Positions 10,273-19,726 of a stretch of DNA of 55,480 nt are shown here, piece by piece. The DNA comes from Clostridia bacterium (lineage in GTDB: Bacteria; Bacillota; Clostridia; UBA1381), in assembly GCA_045540855.1 (NCBI GenBank), contig JAZQHZ010000293.1:1-55480 (forward strand). Direction: 5' to 3'. How positions within the stretch are numbered: the stretch's first letter is position 1; each line of letters opens with the position of its first letter. Made by a program: the position numbers and the translations under genes. The notes below the pieces were generated by a model, which was given only the letters and a program-made list of their open reading frames with translations, did not search any database and was not told the DNA's origin.

Positions 10273-10400
10273 TTAAAATTTCCCCTTTTCAAAATCTTAG
10301 ATGAGAGCGAAGCTTGCGGTTTGCTGCTTAGAATACCGACTCTGACTTACATCCCAAATCCTTATTCCATTTTAATCGGTCACTCTGCTCTCTATGGTAT

Positions 10401-12779
10401 TTAAACCTCTGGTCTAATGTTATAGCATCTTATAGTATCAAGCATTACCTTATCTTTACCGCTGCCCGAAAAAATCAGCTTAACAAACCGGCAAAATTCT
10501 TTTGAAATTCCAATTTTGAACAAAGTACCATTCTTTGTAAACTCTGACTTGACATTTTTCCAAATATCATTTTCAAACGATGATACCTCTGCCAATACAT
10601 TGATATCCTTTATATCACAATCTGCATAAAATGTGAAATATTGAACCTTTGTATCCTCGCCCAAATCTATAATACACCACTTTTTATCCACGCTATCACC
10701 ATAATCACTACACACCGACACTATTGGAATTTGCTCCTTTTCAGCAAGGTCTTTTATCATTCTGAAACGGTACGTTGCAAATCGCATAGGCTCTGCTTGC
10801 TCCCATACTCTAAGTGCATATTCACTATTGCTTGCCTTTTTAAGCTCTTTACAAAGTGGCACATCACCTTGCACCTCAAATACAAGGTTTTCACTCTTTT
10901 CGATGTTATAATAAAACCGATCCCTGGAAAAATTTCTTATTTTTTCGTTATTTATTGTTATAGTGTAAACTCTCGGAATATTTTTACATATCTGTTCATC
11001 ATATATCGGAGTGTATATCAGCGTGGCAAGATAGCCAAACTGCTCCGTATCCTTTTGTGCAATTGGCGCATTAAGACAGAAATTCTTTAAAATTTTGCTT
11101 TCGGGATATGCCGCTGCCGCAATGGTAAATATGAAGCATTCGTGGTTATGTATAGCACTGGTTGAATAATAGCCGCCTTTTATTGAATTATCACGATACA
11201 GATAAAAATCACTGTAAAATTCAAACGGCATTTTCAAATTTTCACCATGCTCTCCCTTATATGAATAGTAATCAAAGCCATAGTGCCTCATAGTCTCAGC
11301 AACATATAGCAGACACCTTGCACTTAACAGAGAATAATGTATACCCTTGCCTACCCTTGCACGGTAGCGGTCATAAATCTCACCCGGCTGCGGATAAGCC
11401 TTCCCTGCTATAAAACATGGATCATTATAATATATCTCCCTGTCTTTATATCCGATTATTGTGCCTGTCAACAATGTTTCGTAATTATATTTGTTATCAT
11501 TTGCATACAATGCATAGCTTAAGATATTGATATCTCTTAATGCCACTCCTAAAACCACAAGGCCCATAGTCATAACGACAATATGATTTTGATAATATTG
11601 CTTATCATAACAGTCATTGTTAATCCAGAAACCAAGCGATCTCTTAATGGCACAAGCCATAATCCTGAACCATTTTTCTATTATCTGTCTGCTATTATCC
11701 GGAGCATATCTATAAAGCATCGAATACCCAAACGCAAAGGTTACCATCACACGGGATATTGTAAGCCCATTCACATCCGAGCCAAGACTTATATGAATCG
11801 GTATCGGATCATTAACGCTTGCCCATGCCATCAGGATTTTCAATGCTTTTTTTGCATATTTCTCATCATCTGTGACTCTATAACAAAAGCTTAAATCACG
11901 CACAGCCGATGCCGCCGCAATGCCATGTGCCATATAAGGCTCTGCCTGTCCTAAAAGCACTATGGGATACTCCTTTGTCAGTGCGGAATTTGCATCTTCC
12001 AATACTCCCTCCCACGCTCTTGAAAACGGATATAGGTTAAGCTCTATTTTTTGCTTCACGCTTTCAAGCTCCATATCATTTACAAACAAAGGCAACTCAT
12101 CGGTATTATTTGTTAATGCTTCGGACAGCTTTTTTGTTCGTATATCCGATAAATCGGCACTGTATCCAAAATCTCCGCTAAGGTGTAGTTTACCGCTAAG
12201 TCTTTCAAATGCATTATTCTTTTCTTCTTTTGTACAAAATTCATCACCATCATATATTACGGTATCAAAAACATCAAGCTCTCCGCCGTTTCCTGACGCT
12301 GCAAGCTTTATAAATACAACATCTGTTCTGTCATGCTCTTCACGCTTTTTTATGTACAATGAAACGGTTTTTAAATATTGACGGTTTATATATACACTCG
12401 CCGTAATATCAGCCAAGTTCATTTTAAGAGAAATGCTAAATCGACTACCTTGCTGTACTGTGTTTGTATCTATTTCTACAACAGGTGGTTTTTCTTCGTC
12501 GTTTTTAATATCAATATATACCTGTGCCGATGCGTTTTCATTGGTGATACATAACTCTGTTTCAAATATATAGCTTAATGCATTATTTTTAAACCAAGTA
12601 TACACCCCGGCATTATCTCCGGATTTTATACGCAGAATATGCTTGCCGTCATCACGAGCTAAAATCCTCAAAGAGTTATCATTCCCTTTACAACTCTGTC
12701 CCTTCCACGAATTACCGGGATAGCACAAAGGCATATCCGGCGGATAAATCCCGTAGTTCTCCGCAAAAACAAATCTCAT
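10401..12779 (-). CDS. Signal-peptide-less (predicted cytoplasmic) paralogue of the alginate-lyase-fold family, with N-terminal LamG-like and C-terminal cadherin-like plus F5/8-type-C-like modules
   Basis: ORF track 792 aa. It starts MRFVFAENYGIYPPD with no hydrophobic leader. The ATG lies 15 nt after the upstream stop and has an AGGAGA SD. Motifs: AVRDLSFCYRVTDDEKYAKKALKILMAW, NDCYDKQYYQNHIVVM, GEIYDRYRARVGKGIHY. The C-terminus reads YTITINNEKIRNFSRDRFYYNIE, followed by a discoidin-like tail. Confidence 0.75.
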   Translation of the reverse strand: MRFVFAENYGIYPPDMPLCYPGNSWKGQSCKGNDNSLRILARDDGKHILRIKSGDNAGVYTWFKNNALSYIFETELCITNENASAQVYIDIKNDEEKPPVVEIDTNTVQQGSRFSISLKMNLADITASVYINRQYLKTVSLYIKKREEHDRTDVVFIKLAASGNGGELDVFDTVIYDGDEFCTKEEKNNAFERLSGKLHLSGDFGYSADLSDIRTKKLSEALTNNTDELPLFVNDMELESVKQKIELNLYPFSRAWEGVLEDANSALTKEYPIVLLGQAEPYMAHGIAAASAVRDLSFCYRVTDDEKYAKKALKILMAWASVNDPIPIHISLGSDVNGLTISRVMVTFAFGYSMLYRYAPDNSRQIIEKWFRIMACAIKRSLGFWINNDCYDKQYYQNHIVVMTMGLVVLGVALRDINILSYALYANDNKYNYETLLTGTIIGYKDREIYYNDPCFIAGKAYPQPGEIYDRYRARVGKGIHYSLLSARCLLYVAETMRHYGFDYYSYKGEHGENLKMPFEFYSDFYLYRDNSIKGGYYSTSAIHNHECFIFTIAAAAYPESKILKNFCLNAPIAQKDTEQFGYLATLIYTPIYDEQICKNIPRVYTITINNEKIRNFSRDRFYYNIEKSENLVFEVQGDVPLCKELKKASNSEYALRVWEQAEPMRFATYRFRMIKDLAEKEQIPIVSVCSDYGDSVDKKWCIIDLGEDTKVQYFTFYADCDIKDINVLAEVSSFENDIWKNVKSEFTKNGTLFKIGISKEFCRFVKLIFSGSGKDKVMLDTIRCYNIRPEV

Positions 12780-12794
12780 AATCGGTCTCCTGTA

Positions 12795-15700
12795 CTAATC
12801 TAATGCGTATGCTTTAAATTCCGCTATGTTGTTCCACTCATTCGCTGAATTACCCTCGCACCGTATTCTTACATACTGTGCCATTCGCGGTTCAAATCTG
12901 AATCTCTCCGCATTTACGGTCTTTCCTGAGCTTTTTGAGTCGAATACCTGTTCCCAGCTCTTTCCGTCCTCGGACAAGTCAATGCTGAAGAAATAATTAC
13001 GCTCGGAACCTCTGGTAAATTGCATAGTAATAAATGCAATTTTTGCAGGCTCGTCCAGCTTATACTGTATCCAATGCTTGCCTCCGACTCCCGAATACGT
13101 CCAAACAGTGTCTGAATTATTGTCCAGCGTAAGCTCAGGCTTATTTCCTTCCTCTGCTCCGCTCGCTCCGTCAACACTGCAGCTTAACATACGAGCATTG
13201 TCCGGAATCTCAGTGTCAGCAAGCACATCCAATGTAAATTTATAAATAGAACGCTTATTCATATCATCTTTATCAAAGACAAGATACTGTTGCGTTGACC
13301 ATCTGTCATCACTTGTAAGTGGAATTATATTGGCATCAGTGTCAAAATCCATTTTTGCTCCGACTGCCTCATTTGCAAGCACTGAAATATTGTACGTATG
13401 TTTATCGGGGCGAAAATTCTCCAATGGTTTTCCATTTATTTTTATTCCTTTAATATCAGGTGTAGTATTATCCGTAATTTCAATAACATCAACACCATGA
13501 GTTAAAGATGAAAGGTAACCCAACTGCTCACCGTCAGTTTGTGCAAGCTGGCGGACATCAAGGCAAGTACGCCGGATTTCTTTATTATACGGATAATGCT
13601 TTAAACCTATAGGCCATATAGCACAGCTTGTATTCATAGGTGAGCCTGAATAGTATCCGCTTTTTATATCCACACTTTCCTGCACAAAATATTCGCCGTA
13701 GTATTCAAATACATATTCTAATCTCTCACCGTTTTTACCATAATAATCAAAAAAATCATAGCCGTTATTGTAAAGCATCTCAGCACTCACCACTAAGCCT
13801 CTTGCTGTAAGGTTGGCATAATGGAAGCCCTTTCCAACTTTCATTCTATATCGGTCGTATATTTCACCTTGCTCCGGCTCAGGTGCACCCGATGTAAGAG
13901 TAGGATCACTTATACACAACTCATCATCCGGGCCCATAATGATACATCCCGTCACAAGATCCGGCATTTTACGCTCATTTTGTGGGTCAGATGTAACCCA
14001 GTACATCAAATCTATGTCCTGATTTATGATAGCTGCTGCAATCATAAGCATTTCCCCAAGCACCATATGATTTTGCCAGTACTGTCCTTCATAACAGTCA
14101 TGTGCTATCCATTCTGCCTGTGCATATTTTGCTCCCTCTGCAAGCCTGCCTGCCCATAATTCAACCTTGTCACAAAATTCCCTGTCAAGATATGGATAGA
14201 GGAATGTATAGCCGTAGAGCACTGCAACTCCGCTTCTTGCAGGTACAAGAGTGTTATAATTTGCCCACTCTCCGTCCATAAAAGCCCGATAAACATTAAA
14301 TGGATTTGGAGCATTTACCCTTTCGGATAAAAGCTCCCTTGCACGCTCCGCATATTTTGTATCGCCCGTAACTCGATATACAAAAGCCAAATCTCTTATA
14401 GCGTTTCCTACGGCAAAGGCATAACTATTATAGCCGGCACCGTCGTATCCACTCAAAATCATAGGATATTCCTTTGTAAGTGCAGTATTAGCATTTTCAA
14501 GTGTTAAATCCCACGCTGTTTTATACGGTTCCTCATTTATTGCAATCCGCTCCCGTACCTTGTCAAAAAATTCATCACTTACCTCTGATATAAGGCGTGG
14601 ACCGTATTTGCTGCTTGTAAGAAGATTTCCCAAAGCAGTTACACTGAATTCTTCTATATTCTCATCAAAGAAGCTATCCGAATCACTAAGTATGATAAGA
14701 TTGTTCTTTGTTATCTGCGTTTTCTTTCCCAAAAGCTCAGCAATTGCATTCGCATCTACAAAAAAGCTTCCCTCAAGTCTCTCAAGCTCAATGCTTTTAT
14801 AGAAAGCATCATTTAAATAGCAATTACCGTTCTCTTCAAGCTTTATTTTCTTTCCTTCATTCGTAATATACACATTTCCATCGTAACCGACCTCATAACC
14901 TAATGCCTCCGATATCAGTCGCAGAGGAATCATATATTTTCCATTTTTCACAAATGGTTTAATATTTAGATTACTCTTATCTATCTCCCTGTTCTTTGAA
15001 AACAGTTTAAACATAGGTGTATCAAGAGCAAAAATTACTGCATTTTGTAATTTTTGCATACGAAGCCCCGGCTCATACTCCAGGAAAAACGGTTCCGGAC
15101 GGAATTGTTCCAGATACTCATTATCTAAAAGTTCACCGCCACGATAAACCTTAAAATTATCCAGCAATAAGCTGGCATCTTTCTCAGGCTCTGTCATCAT
15201 TTCAATTCTGAAAGAGGATGTGTCATTTGAAAGCATTGCCTTACTAAGCACTTTAAACTTATCATTAAAAACCGATTGTCCGTCAAAAATCAGTTCATAC
15301 CTCATGGTGTCAACATCAGTAATTACTGCTATATTATGCCATTCATTTCCACTGACCTTGATGCTTGTGGCAGTACTATCATTACCGGCATAAAGAACAC
15401 CATCTTTGATAATAGCCAAGTTTTCTATTTCAGACGATGCTGTTCCTCTGATGAAAAAACGTATTATTGACTCTGCATCGGATATATTGAAATCGTTTTC
15501 AACAACAAACTTGCCGTCATAAATATGCATCACACAATAAATCAATGCAAGATTGTTATCTGCAGCATTCTTTGCTTGATGAGGTTTTGTTGACAATTTC
15601 AAAACATTGTTGTCATCTTTATAATTAACAACATTTATATTGAAATTAGTCTCAACTCCGCTTGCATAACCATAACCTGTATCCACAAGCGGCCAGTCAA

Positions 15701-15845
15701 TCAAACGATCATCATATGTATCAAAAAACAGATATGGATTTTCCATCACCTGATCATTTTCATAAAACTCCGTATCAGCACCTGCTGCAAAAGCATAATT
15801 AGAAAAAAGACACAGCATTAAAACCATCGAAATAATCTTTTTCAC
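12795..15845 (-). CDS. Secreted alginate-lyase-fold polysaccharide-lyase-like protein with LamG-like N-modules, copper-amine-oxidase-N-like stalk, cadherin-like module and C-terminal F5/8 type C (CBM32-like) domain
   Basis: ORF track 1016 aa. GTG start with a GGAGGGG SD. Signal peptide MKKIISMVLMLCLFSNYAFA. Stalk: KPFVKNGKYMIPLRLISEALGYEVGYDG. Toroid: AIRDLAFVYRVTGDTKYAERARELL, HDCYEGQYWQNHMVLG, GEIYDRYRMKVGKGFHY. Discoidin tail: DTVWTYSGVGGKHWIQYKL...YVRIRCEGNSANEWNNIAEFKAY. Confidence 0.8.
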   Translation of the reverse strand: MKKIISMVLMLCLFSNYAFAAGADTEFYENDQVMENPYLFFDTYDDRLIDWPLVDTGYGYASGVETNFNINVVNYKDDNNVLKLSTKPHQAKNAADNNLALIYCVMHIYDGKFVVENDFNISDAESIIRFFIRGTASSEIENLAIIKDGVLYAGNDSTATSIKVSGNEWHNIAVITDVDTMRYELIFDGQSVFNDKFKVLSKAMLSNDTSSFRIEMMTEPEKDASLLLDNFKVYRGGELLDNEYLEQFRPEPFFLEYEPGLRMQKLQNAVIFALDTPMFKLFSKNREIDKSNLNIKPFVKNGKYMIPLRLISEALGYEVGYDGNVYITNEGKKIKLEENGNCYLNDAFYKSIELERLEGSFFVDANAIAELLGKKTQITKNNLIILSDSDSFFDENIEEFSVTALGNLLTSSKYGPRLISEVSDEFFDKVRERIAINEEPYKTAWDLTLENANTALTKEYPMILSGYDGAGYNSYAFAVGNAIRDLAFVYRVTGDTKYAERARELLSERVNAPNPFNVYRAFMDGEWANYNTLVPARSGVAVLYGYTFLYPYLDREFCDKVELWAGRLAEGAKYAQAEWIAHDCYEGQYWQNHMVLGEMLMIAAAIINQDIDLMYWVTSDPQNERKMPDLVTGCIIMGPDDELCISDPTLTSGAPEPEQGEIYDRYRMKVGKGFHYANLTARGLVVSAEMLYNNGYDFFDYYGKNGERLEYVFEYYGEYFVQESVDIKSGYYSGSPMNTSCAIWPIGLKHYPYNKEIRRTCLDVRQLAQTDGEQLGYLSSLTHGVDVIEITDNTTPDIKGIKINGKPLENFRPDKHTYNISVLANEAVGAKMDFDTDANIIPLTSDDRWSTQQYLVFDKDDMNKRSIYKFTLDVLADTEIPDNARMLSCSVDGASGAEEGNKPELTLDNNSDTVWTYSGVGGKHWIQYKLDEPAKIAFITMQFTRGSERNYFFSIDLSEDGKSWEQVFDSKSSGKTVNAERFRFEPRMAQYVRIRCEGNSANEWNNIAEFKAYALD

Positions 15846-15884
15846 AAAACCCCTCCATTCTCTAATACTGCAAATTAATTTATT

Positions 15885-18122
15885 TTAACTCTTACTATTC
15901 CCTATCTGTGTTTTGACTTGCCCCGGAGTTTTTCCGAACTCCGCCTTAAAGGTTTTAATAAAATGATTTACATCCACATATCCTACCTTTTCGGCGATCA
16001 TACTTACAGTATATTCGTTCCCCTTTTCTATTAACAGATTTTCCGCTTCTTTTAAACGCCTCTGCTTTACATAATCGGTAAACCTGATGCCTGTTTTTTT
16101 CTTGAACAGTCTTGACAAATAAACCGGTGAGCGGTCAACTTCATCCGCAAGCATAACAAGCGACAGATTATGGTCGCTGTAATTTTCATTGACATATGCC
16201 TTCATTTTTTCGACAATGCTGTCACTATTATTGCCATCTACACTCGAAAAGCAGTATTCATCATAAATATTGCATATGGAGTTTGCAATGTCGTTAAAAT
16301 CGTCAATTGTCCTTGCATAGGATAATTTTGCCCGTATTACAAAACCCTCGTCGCTGAATTGACCATCAAACAAGTGTATTTCTCTTGCAAACTTCTCAAA
16401 AATATCAGAAAAGCACTTACGGACATCCTTTTTCGTCATTTTATTATCAGATGCTATATTTAATACTTCCTGCAATGCGGATTTTATATCTCTGAATTTT
16501 CGATTATTTAACTCACTAATTACTCTATTTATCAATTCTGCCCCCGATTCTGCCACAGGTATATTTTTATCCTTTTGGCAAATCACCTGATTATCGATCT
16601 GCACAGACTGGTACTCAGATAATTCTTTCAAATTTTGATATGCGGTTTTTATTTCACTTTCTGTTTCATATATATCATTTACAACAATTTTTGCAAAAAA
16701 CGGATATTTCACCGCTTTATTCAAATATTCACCTAAGTGCAAAACAAAATCATTTATACTGAAATCCATACTCGGCACGGTAAGTACAAAAATTCTCTCA
16801 CTGTTATCTGCCTCTATATTCATGACAATATCAACTTGTCCGTCATATGCCTCTGAAATAAAATTGCATATGCCCGTATGAATATCCCCGTAACCATTAT
16901 TTTTTACCTCAGATACCATTCCTGCACAACCAACAAAGCTGTCTATTATAATATAATTGTGCAGCAACATATCCTCAAGAAGCATATCTCCGTAGCCGAT
17001 AGACTCCTCAATATTCATAACGTTCTTCAATACTGCTATATGATATTTTTCCACCAAAAGCTTATACATTTTCCTAAGCTCATTGTGGCTTGTTCCTGTT
17101 TTCTCTATCAATCTATAAATATCATCAAAATCATTCCTGGTATCTTCAAATTGAGGAACCTCAATAACCTTGGTTTTGAAATCCTTTATCGGTTTATATA
17201 TTCTGTTTGTCATTACTAAAGAATACACAAACCATATGATTGAAAAAAGTAATATAAATGCCACAAAAAAGTATAGTAGCAACGATAACCTATGATTAAA
17301 TTGGCTCTTGGGGATATATGCAACATAATGCCAATTATGCACCGTAGAATTCGTTACAAGGCACATATATGATGTCCCGTCTAAATTCACACCAACAGGT
17401 CCTTTTGTACCATTCTTAATATCAGCATTTTTAAACAAGGTGCTGCCTGCATACAGGTTTTTTCCATCATTATCAAACATAGCAAAATTTCCGCCGTAAC
17501 TTGAATTGAAAAACCCTGTATCTATCAGTAACACCACTCTGGTATTTTTCAGCAAATTTTTATCAGTCAGCCAAACAATATACCGACTTTTCATCTTTGT
17601 AAATTTTGATGAATACTCGGCTTGCGGATACATTTTTCCTTTATTATTGTTTTCAAATTCACCAAATGTAAATCCACTTTCATCGTCACAATGCAGAATA
17701 TCGGTAAAATAGAACTCAGCACTATGTGTGCCTAATTCACTGCATATCTTATTGCTCGCCGGAGTATAAAACAATATACTCATGCCCGAATTTTTCGCCG
17801 AAAAGCTCTGTGCAACTCTTACTAAACTGCTGTACTGCAAGGCATTAGGAACACGATCATCCTCATACTCCTCCAAACCCATTGCCTCAATATCGGAGCT
17901 GATGAGCGATACCTTTTTAAAATACTCATCAACTCCATATGATATATTGCTGAGGCGCTGTGAATAAATATCTGCTACCGCACTTTCCAAAACGCCTCTT
18001 GAAATCTGATATTGGAGCACACCAAATATAATTATCATCGGAATTGCAATGATAAACGCATGTAAATATAATCTATATGTATTTGATTTGTTTTTTAAGA
18101 GTTTAAAGAATGACCAACGCAT
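15885..18122 (-). CDS. Membrane-spanning AraC-family one-component regulator (TM, ~240-aa extracytoplasmic sensor, TM, cytoplasmic linker, AraC HTH)
   Basis: ORF track 745 aa. Hydrophobic segments: LHAFIIAIPMIIIFGVLQY and LLLYFFVAFILLFSIIWFVYSLVM. C-terminal HTH: VYLSRLFKKKTGIRFTDYVKQRRLKEAENLL...GYVDVNHFIKTFKAEFGKTPGQV. Confidence 0.8.
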   Translation of the reverse strand: MRWSFFKLLKNKSNTYRLYLHAFIIAIPMIIIFGVLQYQISRGVLESAVADIYSQRLSNISYGVDEYFKKVSLISSDIEAMGLEEYEDDRVPNALQYSSLVRVAQSFSAKNSGMSILFYTPASNKICSELGTHSAEFYFTDILHCDDESGFTFGEFENNNKGKMYPQAEYSSKFTKMKSRYIVWLTDKNLLKNTRVVLLIDTGFFNSSYGGNFAMFDNDGKNLYAGSTLFKNADIKNGTKGPVGVNLDGTSYMCLVTNSTVHNWHYVAYIPKSQFNHRLSLLLYFFVAFILLFSIIWFVYSLVMTNRIYKPIKDFKTKVIEVPQFEDTRNDFDDIYRLIEKTGTSHNELRKMYKLLVEKYHIAVLKNVMNIEESIGYGDMLLEDMLLHNYIIIDSFVGCAGMVSEVKNNGYGDIHTGICNFISEAYDGQVDIVMNIEADNSERIFVLTVPSMDFSINDFVLHLGEYLNKAVKYPFFAKIVVNDIYETESEIKTAYQNLKELSEYQSVQIDNQVICQKDKNIPVAESGAELINRVISELNNRKFRDIKSALQEVLNIASDNKMTKKDVRKCFSDIFEKFAREIHLFDGQFSDEGFVIRAKLSYARTIDDFNDIANSICNIYDEYCFSSVDGNNSDSIVEKMKAYVNENYSDHNLSLVMLADEVDRSPVYLSRLFKKKTGIRFTDYVKQRRLKEAENLLIEKGNEYTVSMIAEKVGYVDVNHFIKTFKAEFGKTPGQVKTQIGNSKS

Positions 18123-18137
18123 TGTAAAAATCCTTGT

Positions 18138-19637
18138 TTATTTTAAATTGTCTATTATATCCTGGGCACGCTTTGTACCGGTCTTGTAAAAGTCCAAAAC
18201 ATCATATATACCGTTATCCTTTATATATTCGATAACGCTGTCCCACTCAGACATAGACTTTGTTCCCATTATAAAGTTTGACATTTGTTCATTTACATAC
18301 TTCAAAAGAGGTGTACTTATAGTATTTAAGTATTTGTCATACTCCTCATCTGTATATATAACCTTTGGTGCCAGCGGCATATCATATTGCTCGCTTTCCT
18401 TAAAAGCTTCTCTTTGTTCTTCCGACATTATGCATATAAACGAATTTCCGTTATCTACAAGATGTGTACATGAAGAACCCACACCGAATTCCTTTATATA
18501 ATCGGCTCTGCTTGGATATTTACTGTAATCTCTTGTTCCGTCAGGCAAGGTAGTATATGTAACGCCCTCTTCGCCCCATGTAGTAAGCTCCATACCCTCT
18601 TCCGAGTACATAAAGTCAATAAACTTTGCGGCAGAATCAAGATTCTTTGTATTTGAATATACTCCAAATGTTTGACCATCAAACATTGTATTTAAAACCT
18701 GTGCTTTGCCGTTTGTTCCCATTGCCATAGGAGGCATAAATGCCATAGTATAGTCCGGATTCTGCTCTCTTAACATGCTGTTAAAGAAATCAATTCTTAC
18801 CGTATAATCAATTGTTATAAAGCTTTGATCTGTCGATAACATACTCTGCCAATCCTCTGTTGAGAGCGTAAGGAAATCAGGCGGAATTAACTCCTCTGCA
18901 TAAAGCTTATTCATAAACTCTGTTGCTTCTTTATATTCCGGATCAAGCGGTCCGAATTTCCATTCTTTATCGTCAAAATTATAATAATAATCTCTGCCCG
19001 TTCCCCACTGTGCAAAGAAAAGCGAGATTCTTGATGGATACGATCTCATACACAGAGGATACGAAGACGGGTATAATTCCTTTAATTTCTTTAAAACCTG
19101 ATAAAATTCTTCTTCGTTTGTAGGAACTTGCAAATTGTGCTTGTCAAATATATCCTTTCTGTAAAGCCATCCCATCTTTGCCGACTCATCATAACCGTCC
19201 GTAGGCGGGGCATATGCTTCTCCGTCACTTGCAAGGAACTGTCCATATATGTCTGGATTTTCCTTTATAAATTTATCAAGATTCGGGGCTTTCTTTGCAA
19301 TCTCAGAAACAGGTACAAGTGCTCCCTGCATACCAAACTTTGTAGCCTGATTGACGTCCATTGCAATAATATCGGGTGCTTCACCTGATGCAATGGTAAC
19401 GCTCAGCTTATCCTCATAGCTACTCTGCGGAACAGCTGTGATATTCATTTTTATTCCGGTCTTTTCCTGAAGTTTTTCCCATATCCACCAGTTGTCCTGA
19501 TAGCTGTATGTATTGTGCGACAGCACCATAATATTAAGCTCATTATCGTTTGCCTGCTTTGTTTCTCCGCCTGCACAGCCCGCCACGCTAAGCAACGAAG
19601 CAAGTGCCAGCATTCCTGCCAATAATCTTTTTTTCAT
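18138..19637 (-). CDS. ABC transporter extracellular solute-binding lipoprotein (family 1, LplA/YtcQ-like, oligosaccharide)
   Basis: ORF track 499 aa. Lipoprotein signal MKKRLLAGMLALASLLSVAGC (lipobox VAGC). The size and the position next to two CUT1-type permeases support the call. Confidence 0.8.
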   Translation of the reverse strand: MKKRLLAGMLALASLLSVAGCAGGETKQANDNELNIMVLSHNTYSYQDNWWIWEKLQEKTGIKMNITAVPQSSYEDKLSVTIASGEAPDIIAMDVNQATKFGMQGALVPVSEIAKKAPNLDKFIKENPDIYGQFLASDGEAYAPPTDGYDESAKMGWLYRKDIFDKHNLQVPTNEEEFYQVLKKLKELYPSSYPLCMRSYPSRISLFFAQWGTGRDYYYNFDDKEWKFGPLDPEYKEATEFMNKLYAEELIPPDFLTLSTEDWQSMLSTDQSFITIDYTVRIDFFNSMLREQNPDYTMAFMPPMAMGTNGKAQVLNTMFDGQTFGVYSNTKNLDSAAKFIDFMYSEEGMELTTWGEEGVTYTTLPDGTRDYSKYPSRADYIKEFGVGSSCTHLVDNGNSFICIMSEEQREAFKESEQYDMPLAPKVIYTDEEYDKYLNTISTPLLKYVNEQMSNFIMGTKSMSEWDSVIEYIKDNGIYDVLDFYKTGTKRAQDIIDNLK

Positions 19638-19726
19638 AGTTTAAGTCTCCTATCTTTTTATTATGTTTATAATAACACATTTTTAAACATCTTTAATAAT
19701 CAATTCACATTTTTGTCATACAACTT

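Noticed and set aside
10273-10400. Comparatively GC-rich 128-nt spacer between two lyase-like genes as a possible structured ncRNA or riboswitch
   Set aside because: It offers only short, scattered complementarities (gagagc...gctctc, accga...tcggt). There is no recognisable riboswitch core, no terminator and no promoter. It would need covariance evidence.
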